Below are positions 28,438-41,720 of a stretch of 64,000 nt of DNA, piece by piece. The notes beneath the pieces are model-generated. The model was not told the DNA's origin. It saw only the letters and a program-made list of their open reading frames with translations, and did no database searches. Position numbers and translations under genes: made by a program. Source of the stretch: Macrostomum lignano (taxonomy: Eukaryota); NCBI GenBank assembly GCA_002269645.1, contig NIVC01000217.1:558001-622000 (forward strand), written 5' to 3'. The first letter of the stretch is position 1. Each line of letters begins with the position of its first letter.

Positions 28438-28750
28438 TAGTGACCAGCCCGACACAAAGAGACACAGAGACAATTGGCGAGCAAGGCGAGCAACGCGCGG
28501 GAGGCGCACAGCGAAAAAGCGACCTCCAAGCTATGTATTTTACGAGTATAACGAGTTACAAGCAAAAAAATTGAGATAAAAGCAGAAATTGAATTAAAAA
28601 AAAAAACTCAAGCGGAGAGCTGCGCGCAAATTGAGTCAGAAAACGCGGTGAGAGGCTCACCTAAAAAGGCTAGCAGGCGGAGGGGGGTGGGGGCCAGCCC
28701 CCACCCCACACAGATGCACAGAGACAGCAAAGGGGGCGGGCTGATCACTA
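28438..28750. mobile_element. hAT-like MITE nested in the Crypton
   Basis: TIR TAGTGACCAGCCCG / CGGGCTGATCACTA; flanks AAGCAGGT (28427-28434) and AAGCCGGT (28751-28758) match 7/8, with 3 extra nt on the left. Removal restores the recombinase frame. Confidence 0.65.
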
Positions 28751-31099
28751 AAGCCGGTTTGCACAGGCGCAAGCACCCATGCAAACCAAAGCATCGGCGT
28801 CAACACACTCGGAAACTTGATGTGTGTCATCTCAGAAGCGGCCAAACTAAGCAAAGCCTATACTGGGCATTGTCTTCGAGTTACATTGGCAACCGAGTTG
28901 AATACGGCCGGAGTCTCCCTGTGGGATATCAGCGCAGTTACGGGACACAAAAGCGAGAGCTCAGTGGAAAGGTACATTCGGCACAGCAGAAAGCGCGATG
29001 GGGAGATGGTTGCACTGTCGACAACAATCAGTTCCATCGGAGGGACTAAAATCGCTGCTACAGAGTCACCCGATGGAGCCCAGCGTGTGACTACGGTCGG
29101 CTCTGATTCCGAACTGGTACCAGCCGATACGCAGTTAGCGAACACTGCACAGACTGCTGATACTGAGCAGCCAATAGCCGTCGTCGGGCGCAGTTTGGAG
29201 ACGCAGCAGACGCTTGCTTCTGCGATTTCTGGTACTTTCTACAACTGCCAATTTCACGTACACATTAATAATAAGCCATGGGACATAAGAAATAGGTAAC
29301 TGAGGCATACTGCCTTAACTGCTGTTGCTTCTAATGTTGCTTTTATTGCTTGCGTTATACGTTATGCAGTGCTAAATATAGCTTTGAATATCTGGCCTCT
29401 TAGCGTTTGTTTCGGCCATAGACATTTGAATCGTGCAACAATCAGGCTTGATTGGTATACCTCTAAAAACCCCTCCAAAATGATACAATTTGGTTTTATT
29501 GGTGGACCCCTTAAAGCCCCTCTAAAATGAGACAATAGTCTATGGTGCAACTACTTTTAGCTCGTATACCGGGACCAATAAATCATTTAATAGTCTTCAA
29601 ACGGAGCCCACACTAAATGATTTACATATACGCTCGTAATGGTCTCGGGAAGACTAGTTGTAACTGTAGCAAGAAATCCACAATTAAAATATCATCTATC
29701 ATTATTGGAATTGGCGTTGCTAGTACTTATTTTGGTGCCGTATTCGTAGACCTAGGATTACAGCATTCCTGCAATACTAGTAGGGGTCACAAAATCCCGC
29801 ATTCTGTCAATCCCGGAATTCAGGGATACCGGAATTTTGGCACCAAGGCACTTATTTAAGTTATTTTAGCGCCGCAGACGCTTGTTTTGGCGCCGCAGGC
29901 AGGAACTCATTTTGAGGCCCTGAAGCAAATTCTGAATTCTGAATTAAACTTGTGTGGGTTTTAGGAAATACAAATCCCAAGTTTTGCCAATCCCGGGATT
30001 CTTGGGATCGGGATATTCCGGACTACAGTTGCTGAGTGTGCACAAGAGATATTCACAATGGGTCTACTTGGAATTGAATAGGCAAGGTTCTTGGTCTCTC
30101 TCTAACCAGTATGGGAATTTACGAGTTAATTCGTAGTAATTTAGAAGCACGATTACTAATATACGACTACTAGCACTTGAGACTTGGAGAGTAGATTACC
30201 AATTTGTGATCTACCAATTTGTGATTATCAAACACAGACACGCACACTTTACCAACCCAAGGAAATTCCTAAAAATCGATAACCGATAATTTCGTTTAAT
30301 TGCAAGTGGAGCTATCTAGATTCTAGACAGCCACTTTGTTTGCGGACCCCCCTTATTTGTGGGGTTCAGGCTGAAATCTCACTTTGCTACCGCCCACGTT
30401 GTACAGTCCCGGGAATGTACATTCCTACCCCTCAGCCTTCACCCCACCCCACCCTGAAGTAAGCGCAGCGGGGGGGGGCTTCTCTCTCTCTCCACCAGCC
30501 CTCCTAGCCCGCGCGGCCCTCCGTCCAAGTTGGATTTTTTCCGTCCAGCCAGTTAAAGTGCGCTCTTCACTTCTCCATCCAACCTTGCCCAGTTCATCTT
30601 CTCTCCCTCAAGCCAGCCGCGCTTCATCTTTTCTATCACTGACGCTCCGCTCCCCACGTATTCGAGTTCGTAAATAAATTTCTCGGGCCCACGAGGCGCG
30701 TCCGTGTACAAGATAACGAAGAAGGCTAATGCCAATATTAGCTCTCCTTTCTTGACTTGGAGTTGATAGTAGATAAACAGCTTTAACTCAGCCCTCTACT
30801 TTCCACGCCTCTCTTGCTTCTTCTCTTTATGGCTCGAGTTAACATAATCGCAATAAATTTACCTACCAATTCTAATTGAATAGAAATAATTTAAATTGTT
30901 TCTGAGATATGGACATTTCAGCTCGTAACTGCTGCAAAGCAAAGTAAAATGAGCAATACTTGATTCGGGTGAGTAAAAATGTGAATGTGAAATTTCCATT
31001 GCTTTCAAATCTTCAAAGCTGAATTTGTAGTAAAGTAAACCTCTGAATTCTATGAAATAAAGCTCTGAATTCAAATCTTCCTCTCTTGTCCTACCTTCT

Positions 31100-32000
31100 T
31101 CATGCCACATTGCCATGTGTTACCTACTGTCTTTCCTCTACTCTCCGTCTACTCTCCTGTCTCTCTTGTCCTGTCTACTTTCTTCCCCTCCAGACTGCTT
31201 TCTCTTCTCTCTTGTGTCTCACTGTTTCGGAGACAGTCTTCTCCCTGTTACTATTCTCCCTCATCCGTTTACTGTCTCCATTTCTGTCTACTGTCTCCCT
31301 CTCATCTACTGCCTCCCTCTCCTATCTACTGTGTACTGTCTTTCTTTCCTGTTTATACTGTCTCCCTCTCCTGTCTACTGTCTCTCCCCTGTCTACTATC
31401 TACTGTCTCTCTCCTGTCTACTGTCTCTCTCCTGTCTACTGTCTCTCTCCTGTCTACTGTCTACTGTCCTGTCTCCTGTCTACTGTCCTGTCTCCTGTCT
31501 ACTGTCCTGTCTCCTGTTTACTGTCCTGTCTCCTGTCTACTGTCCTGTCCCCTGTTTACTGTCCTGTCTCCTGTCTACTGTCCTGTCTCCTGTCTACTGT
31601 CTCTCCAGTCTACTGTCTCTCCAGTCTACTGTCTCTCCAGTCTACTGTCTCTCCAGTCTACTGTCTCTCCAGTCTACTGTCTCTCCAGTCTACTGTCTCT
31701 CCAGTCTACCGTCTCTCCAGTCTACTGTCTCTCCAGTCTACTGTCTAAATCTCCCTCCTGTCTACTGTAGACTCCTGTCTCCTGTCTCCTGTCTCCTGTC
31801 TACTTTCTGTCTCTCATGCCTGCTGTATTTTTGCTGTCTACTGTCTCTCTCCTGTCTACTGTCTGTAACCCTCTACTATCTACTGTCTCCCTCTCCTGTC
31901 TAGTGTCTCTCCTTCCGCAGACCTACGGTCTCTTTCTCATGTCTACTGTCTTTCTCTACTGTCTACTTTCTCCCTTTTTTCCTGTCTACTGTCTGTAAGT
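31100..32000. repeat. Pyrimidine-rich 16-19-bp minisatellite (CTGTCTACTGTC core)
   Basis: Directly visible; source of spurious LSTVS ORFs. Confidence 0.95.
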
Positions 32001-32310
32001 ACCTCTTCTGTTTATTTATCCCCCCTTTTTTCCACACTCCTTTTCTGTTCTACAATCTCATTCTCATTCTACCAAAACTTTCTGTTTCTTGTCTTATAGG
32101 CCTACCTACCATTGTTAGTCTTACTGTTATGTAAAAACTGCTATGTGTGTAAACTTTGAGCGTTCATTCAGCGCTGTATGGACAATATGAATGAGACCTT
32201 AGACTTAGTTAAACAAAACAAAACTCCATATCGATATGCCCAGCCCACCCCGTACAAACCATCAGTAGCCATGTTGACAAAATATACAACAGCACAAGTA
32301 TACTTTGAGA

Positions 32311-32900
32311 CAGACAGGGTTTTTTTTTTACCCCAATTAGTACCCCATGGGGTATTAGTCAACTGATTTGGGGTACTATTTTGCCCATTAATACCCCAGA
32401 ATGGGGTACTATTTTTTCGACTTTAATTCAAACAAGTTAAGCTTTTTTCTAAAATTTGCTGTTCAATTAAAATTCTGACTGGGCTGGTATGGGTCTTTGT
32501 ACTAAGGTATATCCACTCGTGTGGTGAGTCAGACTGTCAGGCTAAAACTCTAAAAGTGAGAGAGGGTTGGAATTGGAAACTGATCTAATTGGAATTAGAT
32601 TTAGATTAGATTGCGATACTGCAACGCCATCTAATTTACTTGAAATTTCGAAATCTAGCTTGTTCAGCCTTCAACGAAAGACACAAGAATGCAGTCAAAC
32701 ATTAGCAGCTGTGTTTTAACTCTAAATATAGTCTTGATTAAGTTATTTGACTGCGCCAGAATCAATTTTTATAAGAATTCAAGTAAACTACAGAGGCAAA
32801 ATTAGAAATTTCATGGGGTATTACTCCTCCAAAATGGGGTACTACTCAGAGGCTTGATACCCCAATTCGGGTACTAATCAATAGCGAAAAAAAAACACTG
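32311..32900. mobile_element. hAT-type MITE
   Basis: Termini CAG(G)GTTTTTTTTT..ATTAGTACCC / GGGTACTAAT..AAAAAAAAACACTG, subterminal GGGGTACT motifs; flanks CTTTGAGA / CTTTGAGT (7/8). Confidence 0.6.
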
Positions 32901-33495
32901 CTTTGAGTCAAGGTTTTTGCGCCATTGTGCTGCTATATTATTCATGCAAAGCTAAAATCTCGTACCTAACTCAGATACTCGTGCGAGTTTCCTATAGGAG
33001 ATTAATCCCAAATCCACCACGTGACAAACTAGCATAACTTTCCGAGAGTGATTTCTATAGTCAGAGCTAACTATAGAGAATTTAATTTCCTATGTTGTGT
33101 GCACAGGTGCAGTGTCTGAGCCTTGGGCAGCTAGCTAAAGCTCATCAGCCCATTTGTCAGCGTGGAATATGGGGAAAAGAGTTGGCAGTACTCAAGTGCC
33201 TCCCTTAAAAAAACGTTTCAAATTTCTTCTCCCGCTGCTCAAAGCTTTTTCCCTCAAAACTGAGTTGAATTGAATTGCACAATCACGCGCTAAGCTCTTT
33301 GATTTCAAAGACCGTTCTATAGTTGCATTTGCTTCTATTTCATAGACATATAAATTCCTATTACAGTGTCGTTTCTGCCTTATTCCTCTTTACAGATAAC
33401 TCAGCCATGCAATGCCGTGCAAGTATTAATATACACAATTAATTATATTATATAAGCTACATCGACTTTCGAGTTTAAGCCTAGCTTAGAGAACG

Positions 33496-36463
33496 ATGAG
33501 GTGCAGCCTCCGGCGCATGTATCTGCTGATAGCGATGGCTGTCGCCCTCCTGCTGTTGTACTTTTACAAGAGCCGTTGGCTCCCAAACAAGCTGCAAGAA
33601 TCGGCGAGTTATCAGGATGCTAGCGTACAGCAGGATGAACTTAGCGAATATGACAAACTGGCCAGCTTGGACGCAATTGACAAGCTGCGACAAAGTGGAG
33701 ACTCGCCAGCAGGTCGCGTCTCCGAGGTCTCCTGTGCCAAACTGTTCGCTGGCAATGTCATTGAGCAGAATCGAGCGCTGAGTTTGAGCAGGACTCAGCC
33801 TGAACCGTTGGATTATCGACCTGATGCTTTCTTTGCTGCCGCCTCCTGTCAGCAGGTGAAACAGCGGCTGGTGATGGAGACGCTTAGCAAAGAGGAGGCG
33901 AGCTTTCCTCTGGCGTTTTCTATTCTTATGTTCAAGGATTTTTATCAGGTAAGCCTTGGCGTAAAAAGTACAGTTTTCAACATCGGTCTTTGTGCGATTC
34001 TCAAGATCAGTCTTTGTGTCATTCGACTCATTCTTAAGATCGGTCTTTGTGCGTTTCTCACGATACGTCTTTGTGTGATTCTCAATATCATTCCAAATGC
34101 GATTCTCAATATCGGTCTTTGTGTCATTCCTAAGACTGGTCTTTGTGTGATTCTCATTATCGGTCTTTGTGCCATTCTTAAGACCGGTCTTTGTGCGGTT
34201 CTCAGGATCAGTCTTAATGCGATTCTCAATATCGGTCTTTGTGTCATTATTCAGATCGGTTTTGTGCGATTGTTAAGATTGGTCTTTGTGCTATTCTCAA
34301 AATCAGTCCTAATGCGATTCTTAATATCGGTCTTTGTGCAAGTCTCAAGGTCGGTTTTCGTGAGATTCTCAAAAATCGGTCTTGTGGGATTCTAAAAATC
34401 TCCACCAAAGTCAGCTCCCAGCCTGCAGTCTTTGTCCGCCAACGCACGCACCGCAGGCTGAGAAGCTGTTCCGAGCAGTCTACCGTCCTGAGCACTTCTA
34501 CTGCCTACACGTGGACGTTAAATCGAGCAATGACTTTAGCCGAGCCGCCTCACTGTACGCCAGCTGTCTCGACAACGTCATCCTGGCCAGTCCTCGCCAA
34601 AACGTCCAGTGGGGCTTCTTCTCAGTGCTGGAGGCTGACCTCGCCTGCATGCGCCAGCTGTTGGCTTTGAGCGACAAGTGGCGCTACTTCATCAACCTCA
34701 CCGGCCAGGAGTTCCCGCTGCGCACCATGCGCGAGCTCGTGCGAATCGTGCGCGGCCTGAACGGCGCCAACAACGTGGAGAATGCGGGGGTCAGGCCTGG
34801 ACTTGAACCCGTGCCTGTGCAGCTGCCCGACGGTCGCTCGGGTTTTATCAGATGGTACAAAGGCTCCGTGCACGTCACCGTTACTAGGGGATTTGTGCAG
34901 TTTGCCGTGTCTGAGACTGGCAGGTGAGGATTCAGGATTGGCGGTTTTTTATCCTAGGCCTGGAGCGTCCTGATCTGTTGTGTCTTCCGCGTTCAGCCCT
35001 TCTGCTTTGCCCCCTTCCTTCTGCCTGTCCCTCCCTCCCGGCTCCCTGTCCTTCTCTGCCTGTCTTTCTCTGTCTGTCCCTGTTCTGCCTGTCCCTCCCT
35101 GCCCCTCTCTCCCTGCCTGTCCTTCTGCCTGTCCCTCCCTGTCCTTCTCTGCCTGTCTGTCCCTCTCTGCCTGTCCTTCTGCCTTCCCTCCCTGTCTGTC
35201 CCTCTGCCTGTCTTTCCCTTTCTGTCCCTCTCTATCTGTCCCTTTTCTGTCTGTCCCTCCCTGCCCTTCTCTCCCTGCCTGTCCCTCTCTGCCTGTCTGT
35301 CCCTCTCTGTCGGTCCCTTTTCTGCCTGTCCGCCTTTTTTCCATCTAATTGTCCCTCTGTGTTTGGTGAGTTGTGTGTCTGGCCGGACTGTACCTGTTAT
35401 CGGGTACACCTTGGTCCTCGGTTCCTTTGCAGCTTTACAAAGGCAGTCCAACCCGCTCAAGATTTGTCCTTTCTCAGCTTTCTTCTCTCCCCTATTCTCG
35501 AGTTACTGCAAAGAACTCGGTAGTGACTCTGGCGACTCTGGGATGAATTTTGTGACTTTTTAACAACTCAAATGACTGTGATGCGACGGAAATTCAACAG
35601 AGAGGCGACTGTCGAGTCACGAGCGCATCACGTGAGCTGCAAAATCGTAAAAGAGTCGCAAAAAAGTTGTCGAAAAATTTTTGTTAGCGCTTAACTTTCT
35701 ACTAACTCAAGTAGACTATAAAGAGTGTTATACTCGTAATAAATGCGAAATGCGATTCTAATTCACTAAGTGACGCAGAAGCGCTTTAGACGCAACTCGG
35801 TGATTTTACGGCGATTCTGACACGCCTCAGATACGACTCTGCGACCTCAGAGTCGTTTTAAAGTCTCAGACAATAAAAATGTCTCAAACTGACTCTAAGG
35901 CGAGTCTGGCAACCTTCTGCGACTTTTCCCATGACAGTTGTCAGTTGGTAATTAAAAAAAAACAATAAATGACCAAACTTCAACCCGACAGAAAGATCTG
36001 CGACCGTCTAAAAAAAGTTCAACTTCGCTACCGTCGAGTCATTCCGGATGAGACCTTCTTTGCAACGCTGAACCACAACTCAGATGTACTGCCAGTGCCG
36101 GGAGGAGACCGGACCGGACTGCTCACCGATAACTCGAGGCATCCGTTCTTGAACCGCTACAAGAATTGGATGTTCGGCCTGTTTGGCTATCCTTGCTTCT
36201 CCAACAAGATTGTGCGTCAGATTTGCATCTGGGGAGTTCAAGACTTGCCGGCTATGAACAGGCGCTTTGAGCTGTTCGTGAACAAGTTCTATTATAATTA
36301 TCAGCGCTTCGGACTGCAGTGCATGGAGGAACGATTCTGGAATCACACCTTGGCCGATTATGGGGTGCGAGGCTATGAGAAACTGCACGAGATACCCTTG
36401 AGTTTCTATACTAAATTTGAGTTCGTGCGGAATCATGTCTCGGAACTCAATCGTGTGTCCTAG
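33496..36463 (+). CDS. GCNT: Core-2/I-branching beta-1,6-N-acetylglucosaminyltransferase (CAZy GT14), type II Golgi protein, 463 aa
   Basis: Exons 33496-33948, 34457-34923, 35992-36463 (1392 nt). N-terminal TM anchor; motifs EEASFPLAFSIL, AVYRPEHFYCLHVDVKS, VQWGFFSVLEADLACM, WRYFINLTGQEFPLRT, IPDETFFATLN, CIWGVQDL, LFVNKF. Family-level call only. Confidence 0.93.
33975..34395. repeat. ~24-bp tandem repeat filling GCNT intron 1
   Basis: TCGGTCTTTGTGCGATTCTCAAGA-like units. Confidence 0.92.
34985..35335. repeat. C/T-rich low-complexity repeat in GCNT intron 2
   Basis: CTGCCTGTCCCT units. Confidence 0.9.
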
Positions 36464-37615
36464 ATATTGAATCCCGGATATCGAATCCCGATCCTTAAGT
36501 CCCGGATATCGAATCCCGATCCCTGAGTCCCAGATATTAAATCCCGATCCTTGAGTCCCGGATATTAAATCCCGATCCTTGAGTCCCAGATATTAGGCCG
36601 TATGAATAAAATGAGCAATAACTTGCGAGTTCAAGCTTAAACGCTGAGACTGAGCTACTGCTCAGGTCTGAGATTTTGCTCCGAGTCGGAGCATCTGCTC
36701 AAGGTCAGTATGAATAAAGTTGGGACTCCTAGTCAGAGTTCAGACTTTTGGTCTCAGAGCTGTAACTCCAATATTGCGATACTTTGATCCATAGACAAAA
36801 TGTTGTTTTCTAAGAGTATGCTACGAGTATATGCTTTGTGTTTTATGTAGAATCCTTCTTTCTGTTTTCCCCTTGTGGCTTCTTTATAATCGGTTAAGTC
36901 TGTGCATCAAATCACGAATCAAGCCGGCATCGTAATGGCTGCAAAGGACGAAGCAAGCGAAGAGTTGTTCGTTAAAATAGTTTCTCGATTTGACTGTCTT
37001 ATGGACAGTCAAAACACCCGGCGCTGTCGATAAAAGGAATGGAAATGGAAAAGAAAGGAAAACTTCCGTCGAGCGGAAGCACGTGCAGCAAAGAACTCAG
37101 CCATACTGCCAAAGAACATCGACAACTAGAAAGCGCTAGTTACAGCAACCACTAGAGTATAGATGGCTGAGGCAGGCAGAGGGCTGCCTCAACATTTTGT
37201 GAGTTGCAGCTCAGAAAAGATTGTCTATAGCCCGAGTTTATTCATACAGACCGGAGAGTTTGCTCAGCCCCGGATTTTTTCGCTGACACTCGGAGCAACA
37301 ACTTTCAAGTCAAAACTCATGAGCTGTTGCTCGGAAGTCACTGCTCCGTTTTTTCATACTGACTTGAGATTTTGTGCGAGTCTGACAATTGCTCATTTTA
37401 TTCATACGGCCTATTAAATCCCGATTCTTGAGTCCCAGATATTGAATCCCGATTCTTGAGTCCCAGATATTGAATCCCGATCCTTGGGTCCCAGATATTG
37501 AATCCCTATCCTTGGGTCCCGGATATTGAATCCCGATCCTTGGGTCCCAGATATTGAATTCCGATCCTTGGGTCCCAGATATTGAATCCCGATCCTTGGG
37601 TCCCGGATATTGAGT
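36455..37615. repeat. 28-bp tandem repeat (GATATTGAATCCCGATCCTTGGGTCCCA) split by a Harbinger-type insertion
   Basis: Units at 36455-36594 and 37413-37615. Confidence 0.9.
36595..37412 (+). mobile_element. Non-autonomous PIF/Harbinger-like element with Myb/SANT-like remnant
   Basis: 25-bp TIR AGGCCGTATGAATAAAATGAGCAAT; 3-bp duplication ATT/ATT (5-bp TATTA if the TIR starts at GG); internal MAAKDEASEELFVKIVSRFDCLMDSQN..*KEWKW from 36935 resembles the Harbinger ORF2 N-terminus. Confidence 0.72.
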
Positions 37616-37704
37616 CTTGATCCAAATACTAAATCTTAAATTCGATCCATAAATTTAGGGTTCCAACTTTTTAAATCTTTAATCTTAAATTACCGATTAC
37701 CAAT

Positions 37705-38260
37705 GGGTCCATGAGATTTGCCCGCGGACGAATTTAGAAAAATTAGGATTCTATGTTAATTTTTTATTCTAAGACTCGTACGTACAATTGCACATGTCCT
37801 GTGCCTAAGAACCAATAAAATGGCACGGCTCAGCTCATTGGTCTTATGAATCTATTTTGTCATTTTTAGGCATTGTTGTCATAAAACCAAAGAGTCAAGC
37901 TGTGCCATGCATTTTCATGATTTTTAGGTACAGAAAATGTACGTAGAATGAGAAATTTACATAGCATCCTAATTTTCTGAACGAAAAGCTTTATGAATAT
38001 CTATAGAGCTATAAGAGAGGCACAGCATATCAAAAGATGAACATTGGGTCTGCCTCATATCGAAAGCAATAACAACTTTCCTGCTGAAAAAATAAAAACT
38101 CCTTATCTCCGTTTTTCGGCGAAAAGTGGCCTTCAAAAACCTTTTTTTCCATGAAACGTGAGTGTCGCGTCCTGTATATACCGTTGCTTTAGTTGTCCTT
38201 GACTAAGCATTGGGGAGGCAATGCTGCAGACAAAGCATTGCGGGCAAATCTCCGGGACCC
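37705..38260. mobile_element. Mutator-like MITE
   Basis: TIR GGGTCCATGAGATTTGCCCGC / GCGGGCAAATCTCCGGGACCC; inner IR AAAATTAGGATTCTATGT / ACATAGCATCCTAATTTT; 9-bp flanks ATTACCAAT / ACTACCAAT (8/9). Confidence 0.65.
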
Positions 38261-38764
38261 ACTACCAATACCAAACTCAATCCATGAGTCATTCAATAAA
38301 CGTTTGCGTGTATTTTTTCTGCGTTCCAAGCAAAACTGTATTTGCCAAGTCTCCCAATTTTACTTATAGTAGTATGGCAATAGTACTGTTTTAACGAATG
38401 CATATAGATAATCCTATTTAAATTTTGTGATGCTGAGCTTTAATTTAACTGTTGTGACACAAATTGTATTTTTATACACTAGAGTGGGTTGTTAATTTAT
38501 TGATTTTAATGCTTCGTTGCACTTACATGTATTATTGCTATAAAAAACTGTCATTAAGCAGTTCGATGCTTGCGTGAGATGAGAGTTACACTGCTGCAGT
38601 TGTTTTGAGTTCTTGCAATATTGGCGTTGTGCTCTCGTTTAAGCATCTGGTCTGTATTCTGTCAGTCAAGTAATAAAAGTATTAATATTTCATATAAGCT
38701 AAGGTACAATATAAGAAATTCTACTTTTTTGTTGTCGAGATGTTTTAAGTACAGTCATGGACAG

Positions 38765-39900
38765 CTAGGTTCATACTCTTTAAACCATAGACAGCTGGAG
38801 TCGTACTCTTTAAACCATAGACAGCTAGACAGCTGGAGTCATACTCTTTAAACCATAGACAGCTGGAGTCATACTCTTTAAACCATAGACAGCTGGAGTC
38901 GTACTCTTTGAATCATAGACAGCTGGAGTCGTACTCTTTGAATCATAGACAGCTGGAGTCGTACTCTTTGAATCATAGACAGCTGGAGTCATACTCTTTA
39001 AACCATAGACAGCTGGAGTCATACTCTTTGAATCATAGACAGCTGGAGTCATACTCTGTGAATCATAGACAGCTGGAGTCATACTCTTTGAATCATAGAC
39101 AGCTGGAGTCATACTCTTTAAACCATAGACAGCTGGAGTCATACTCTTTGAATCATAGACAGCTGGAGTCATACTCTTTAAACCATAGACAGCTGGAGTC
39201 ATACTCTTTGAATCATGCATAGACAGCTGGAGTCATACTCTGTGAATCATAGACAGCTGGAGTCATACTCTTTGAACCATAGACAGCTGGAGTCATACTC
39301 TTTGAACCATAGACAGCTGGAGTCGTACTCTTTGAATCATAGACAGCTGGAGTCGTACTCTTTGAATCATAGACAGCTGGAGTCGTACTCTTTGAACCAT
39401 AGACAGCTGGAGTCGTACTCTTTGAATCATAGACAGCTGGAGTCGTACTCTTTGAATCATAGACAGCTGGAGTCGTACTCTTTGAACCATAGACAGCTGG
39501 AGTCGTACTCTTTGAATCATAGACAGCTGGAGTCGTACTCTTTGAATCATAGACAGCTGGAGTCGTACTCTTTGAATCATAGACAGCTGGAGTCGTACTC
39601 TTTGAATCATAGACAACTGAAGTCATACTCTGATTGAACCATAGACAGTTGGAGTCATACTCTGTGAATCATAGACAGCTGGAGTCATACTCTTTGAATC
39701 ATAGACAGCTGGAGTCATACTCTGATTGAACCATAGACAGTTGGAGTCATACTCTTTGAACCATAGACAGCTGAAGTCATACTCTGATTGAACCATAGAC
39801 AGTTGGAGTCATACTCTGAATCATAGACAGCTGCAGTCATACTCTTTGAATCATAGACAATTGGAATCATACTTTATGAATCTATAGGCAACTGGAGTCA
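38765..39900. repeat. 30-bp minisatellite (ATAGACAGCTGGAGTCGTACTCTTTGAATC)
   Basis: About 37 units. Confidence 0.97.
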
Positions 39901-40562
39901 TAATCAACATAGATTCATAGCCTAATACCGAAGCTTATTATCCAATGTTGTTTTAAACTTGTTGAAAGCCCTAAAAGAAGCAGCAGGTGTTTCCGAATCT
40001 ACGCTCGTAAATAGCATGCATACATCAAGAGGAATCTGCATTGCGTAAAATATAACAGCTTTTTGGTACATGTATGATTCAGCAGTCATATGCCCAGAAC
40101 GTGCTCAAAAGACCGACAAGAAAAAGTTACTCATTTAGCTACTCATGTAGAAAAAGGTTCACGCGGGGCAAGAGTTAAGAGCTAAAATATACGAGCAATG
40201 GGCGAGTCAATTGACTTGGGAAATAACTGCACCACCGGCTGCTCAGTAAAGATAGAATATTAAAAACAGACAGCCACCATGCATGCAGTTATCGAGCGAG
40301 TTAGCGCTGACGTGGGCCACGTAATGCAAGTCGTGAAAGGAGGAGGAGGACGGGGAGGGCTGGACCCGATAGTGCCCGATCTTTCTCAACCCCTCCGCTT
40401 GAGGGATCCTCGATCTGTGATCCCCCGTGTCTTCTTCAGTTTGTGTTGCAGTTGTTCGGTTATGCCTAGCCAAGGAGATTTGATTCCAAATTCTGGATTG
40501 CATAACTGTAATAGCTCGTCAATATTCTGGAAACAATATTATAAAGCGTAGACTGCCTGACA

Positions 40563-41720
40563 ACCAGGGGATTTAGCACCAGGGGATTTAGCACCAGGGG
40601 ATTTAGCACCAGGGGATTTAGCACCAGGGGATTTAGCACCAGAGGATTTAGCACCAGGGGATTTAGCACCAGGGGATTTAGCACCAGGGGATTTAGCACC
40701 AGGGGATTTAGCACCAGGGGATTTAGCACCAGGGGATTTAGCACCAGGGGATTTAGCACCAGAGGATTTAGCACCAGGGGATTTAGCACCAGGGGATTTA
40801 GCACCAGGGGATTTAGCACCAGGGGATTTAGCACCAGGGGATTTAGCACCAGGGGATTTAGCACCAGGGGATTTAGCACCAGGGGATTTAGCACCAGGGG
40901 ATTTAGCACCAGGGGATTTAGCACCAGGGGATTTAGCACCAGGGTATTTAGCACCAGGGGATTTAGCGCCAGAGGATTTAGCACCAGGCAGTGGATTTAG
41001 CACCAGGGGATTTAGCACCAGGGGATTTAGCACCAGGGGATTTAGCTCCAGGGGATTTAGCACCAGGGGATTTAGCACCAGGGGATTTAGCACCAGGGGA
41101 TTTAGCTCCAGGGGATTTAGCACCAGGGGATTTAGCACCAGAGGATTTAGCACCAGGGGATTTAGCACCAGGGGATTTAGCGCCAGAGGATTTAGCACCA
41201 GGGGATTTAGCACCAGGGGATTTAGCGCCAGAGGATTTAGCACCAGGCAGTGGATTTAGCACCAGGGGATTTAGCACCAGGGGATTTAGCACCAGGGGAT
41301 TTAGCTCCAGGGGATTTAGCACCAGGGGATTTAGCACCAGGGGATTTAGCACCAGGGGATTTAGCACCAGGGGATTTAGCACCAGGGGATTTAGCGCCAG
41401 AGGATTTAGCACCAGGCAGTGGATTTAGCACCAGGGGATTTAGCACCAGGGGATTTAGCACCAGGGGATTTAGCTCCAGGGGATTTAGCACCAGGGGATT
41501 TAGCACCAGGGGATTTAGCACCAGGGGATTTAGCACCAGGGGATTTAGCACCAAGGGATTTAGCACCAAGAGGATTTAGCACCAGGGGATTTAGCACCAG
41601 TGGATTTAGCACCAGGGGCTTTAGCGCTAGGGGATTTGGTACCAGGGGATTTAGCACCAGGGGATTTAGCACCAGGGGCTTCAGCACCAGAGGATTTAAA
41701 TAGCACCAGGGTATTTAGCA
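40563..41720. repeat. 15-bp minisatellite (GGGGATTTAGCACCA) with higher-order blocks
   Basis: The variant AGAGGATTTAGCACCAGGCAGTGG recurs near 40971, 41230 and 41399; isolated monomer near 42183. Confidence 0.97.

Larger units (their letters stand above)
27591..29299 (+). mobile_element. Decayed Crypton-type (DUF3504-like) tyrosine recombinase element
   Basis: Fragments: IFNIQSGLFRYL; ILQREVYYALAIHFC (after a 19-bp duplication near 28010); RCPYECVDLYLKK..LFLRP; IGVNTLGNLM..YTGHCLRVT..ISAVTGHKSESSVERY (catalytic HxxR, H, Y); C-terminal FYNCQFHVHIN. Stops, frameshifts and insertions disrupt it. Confidence 0.82.
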
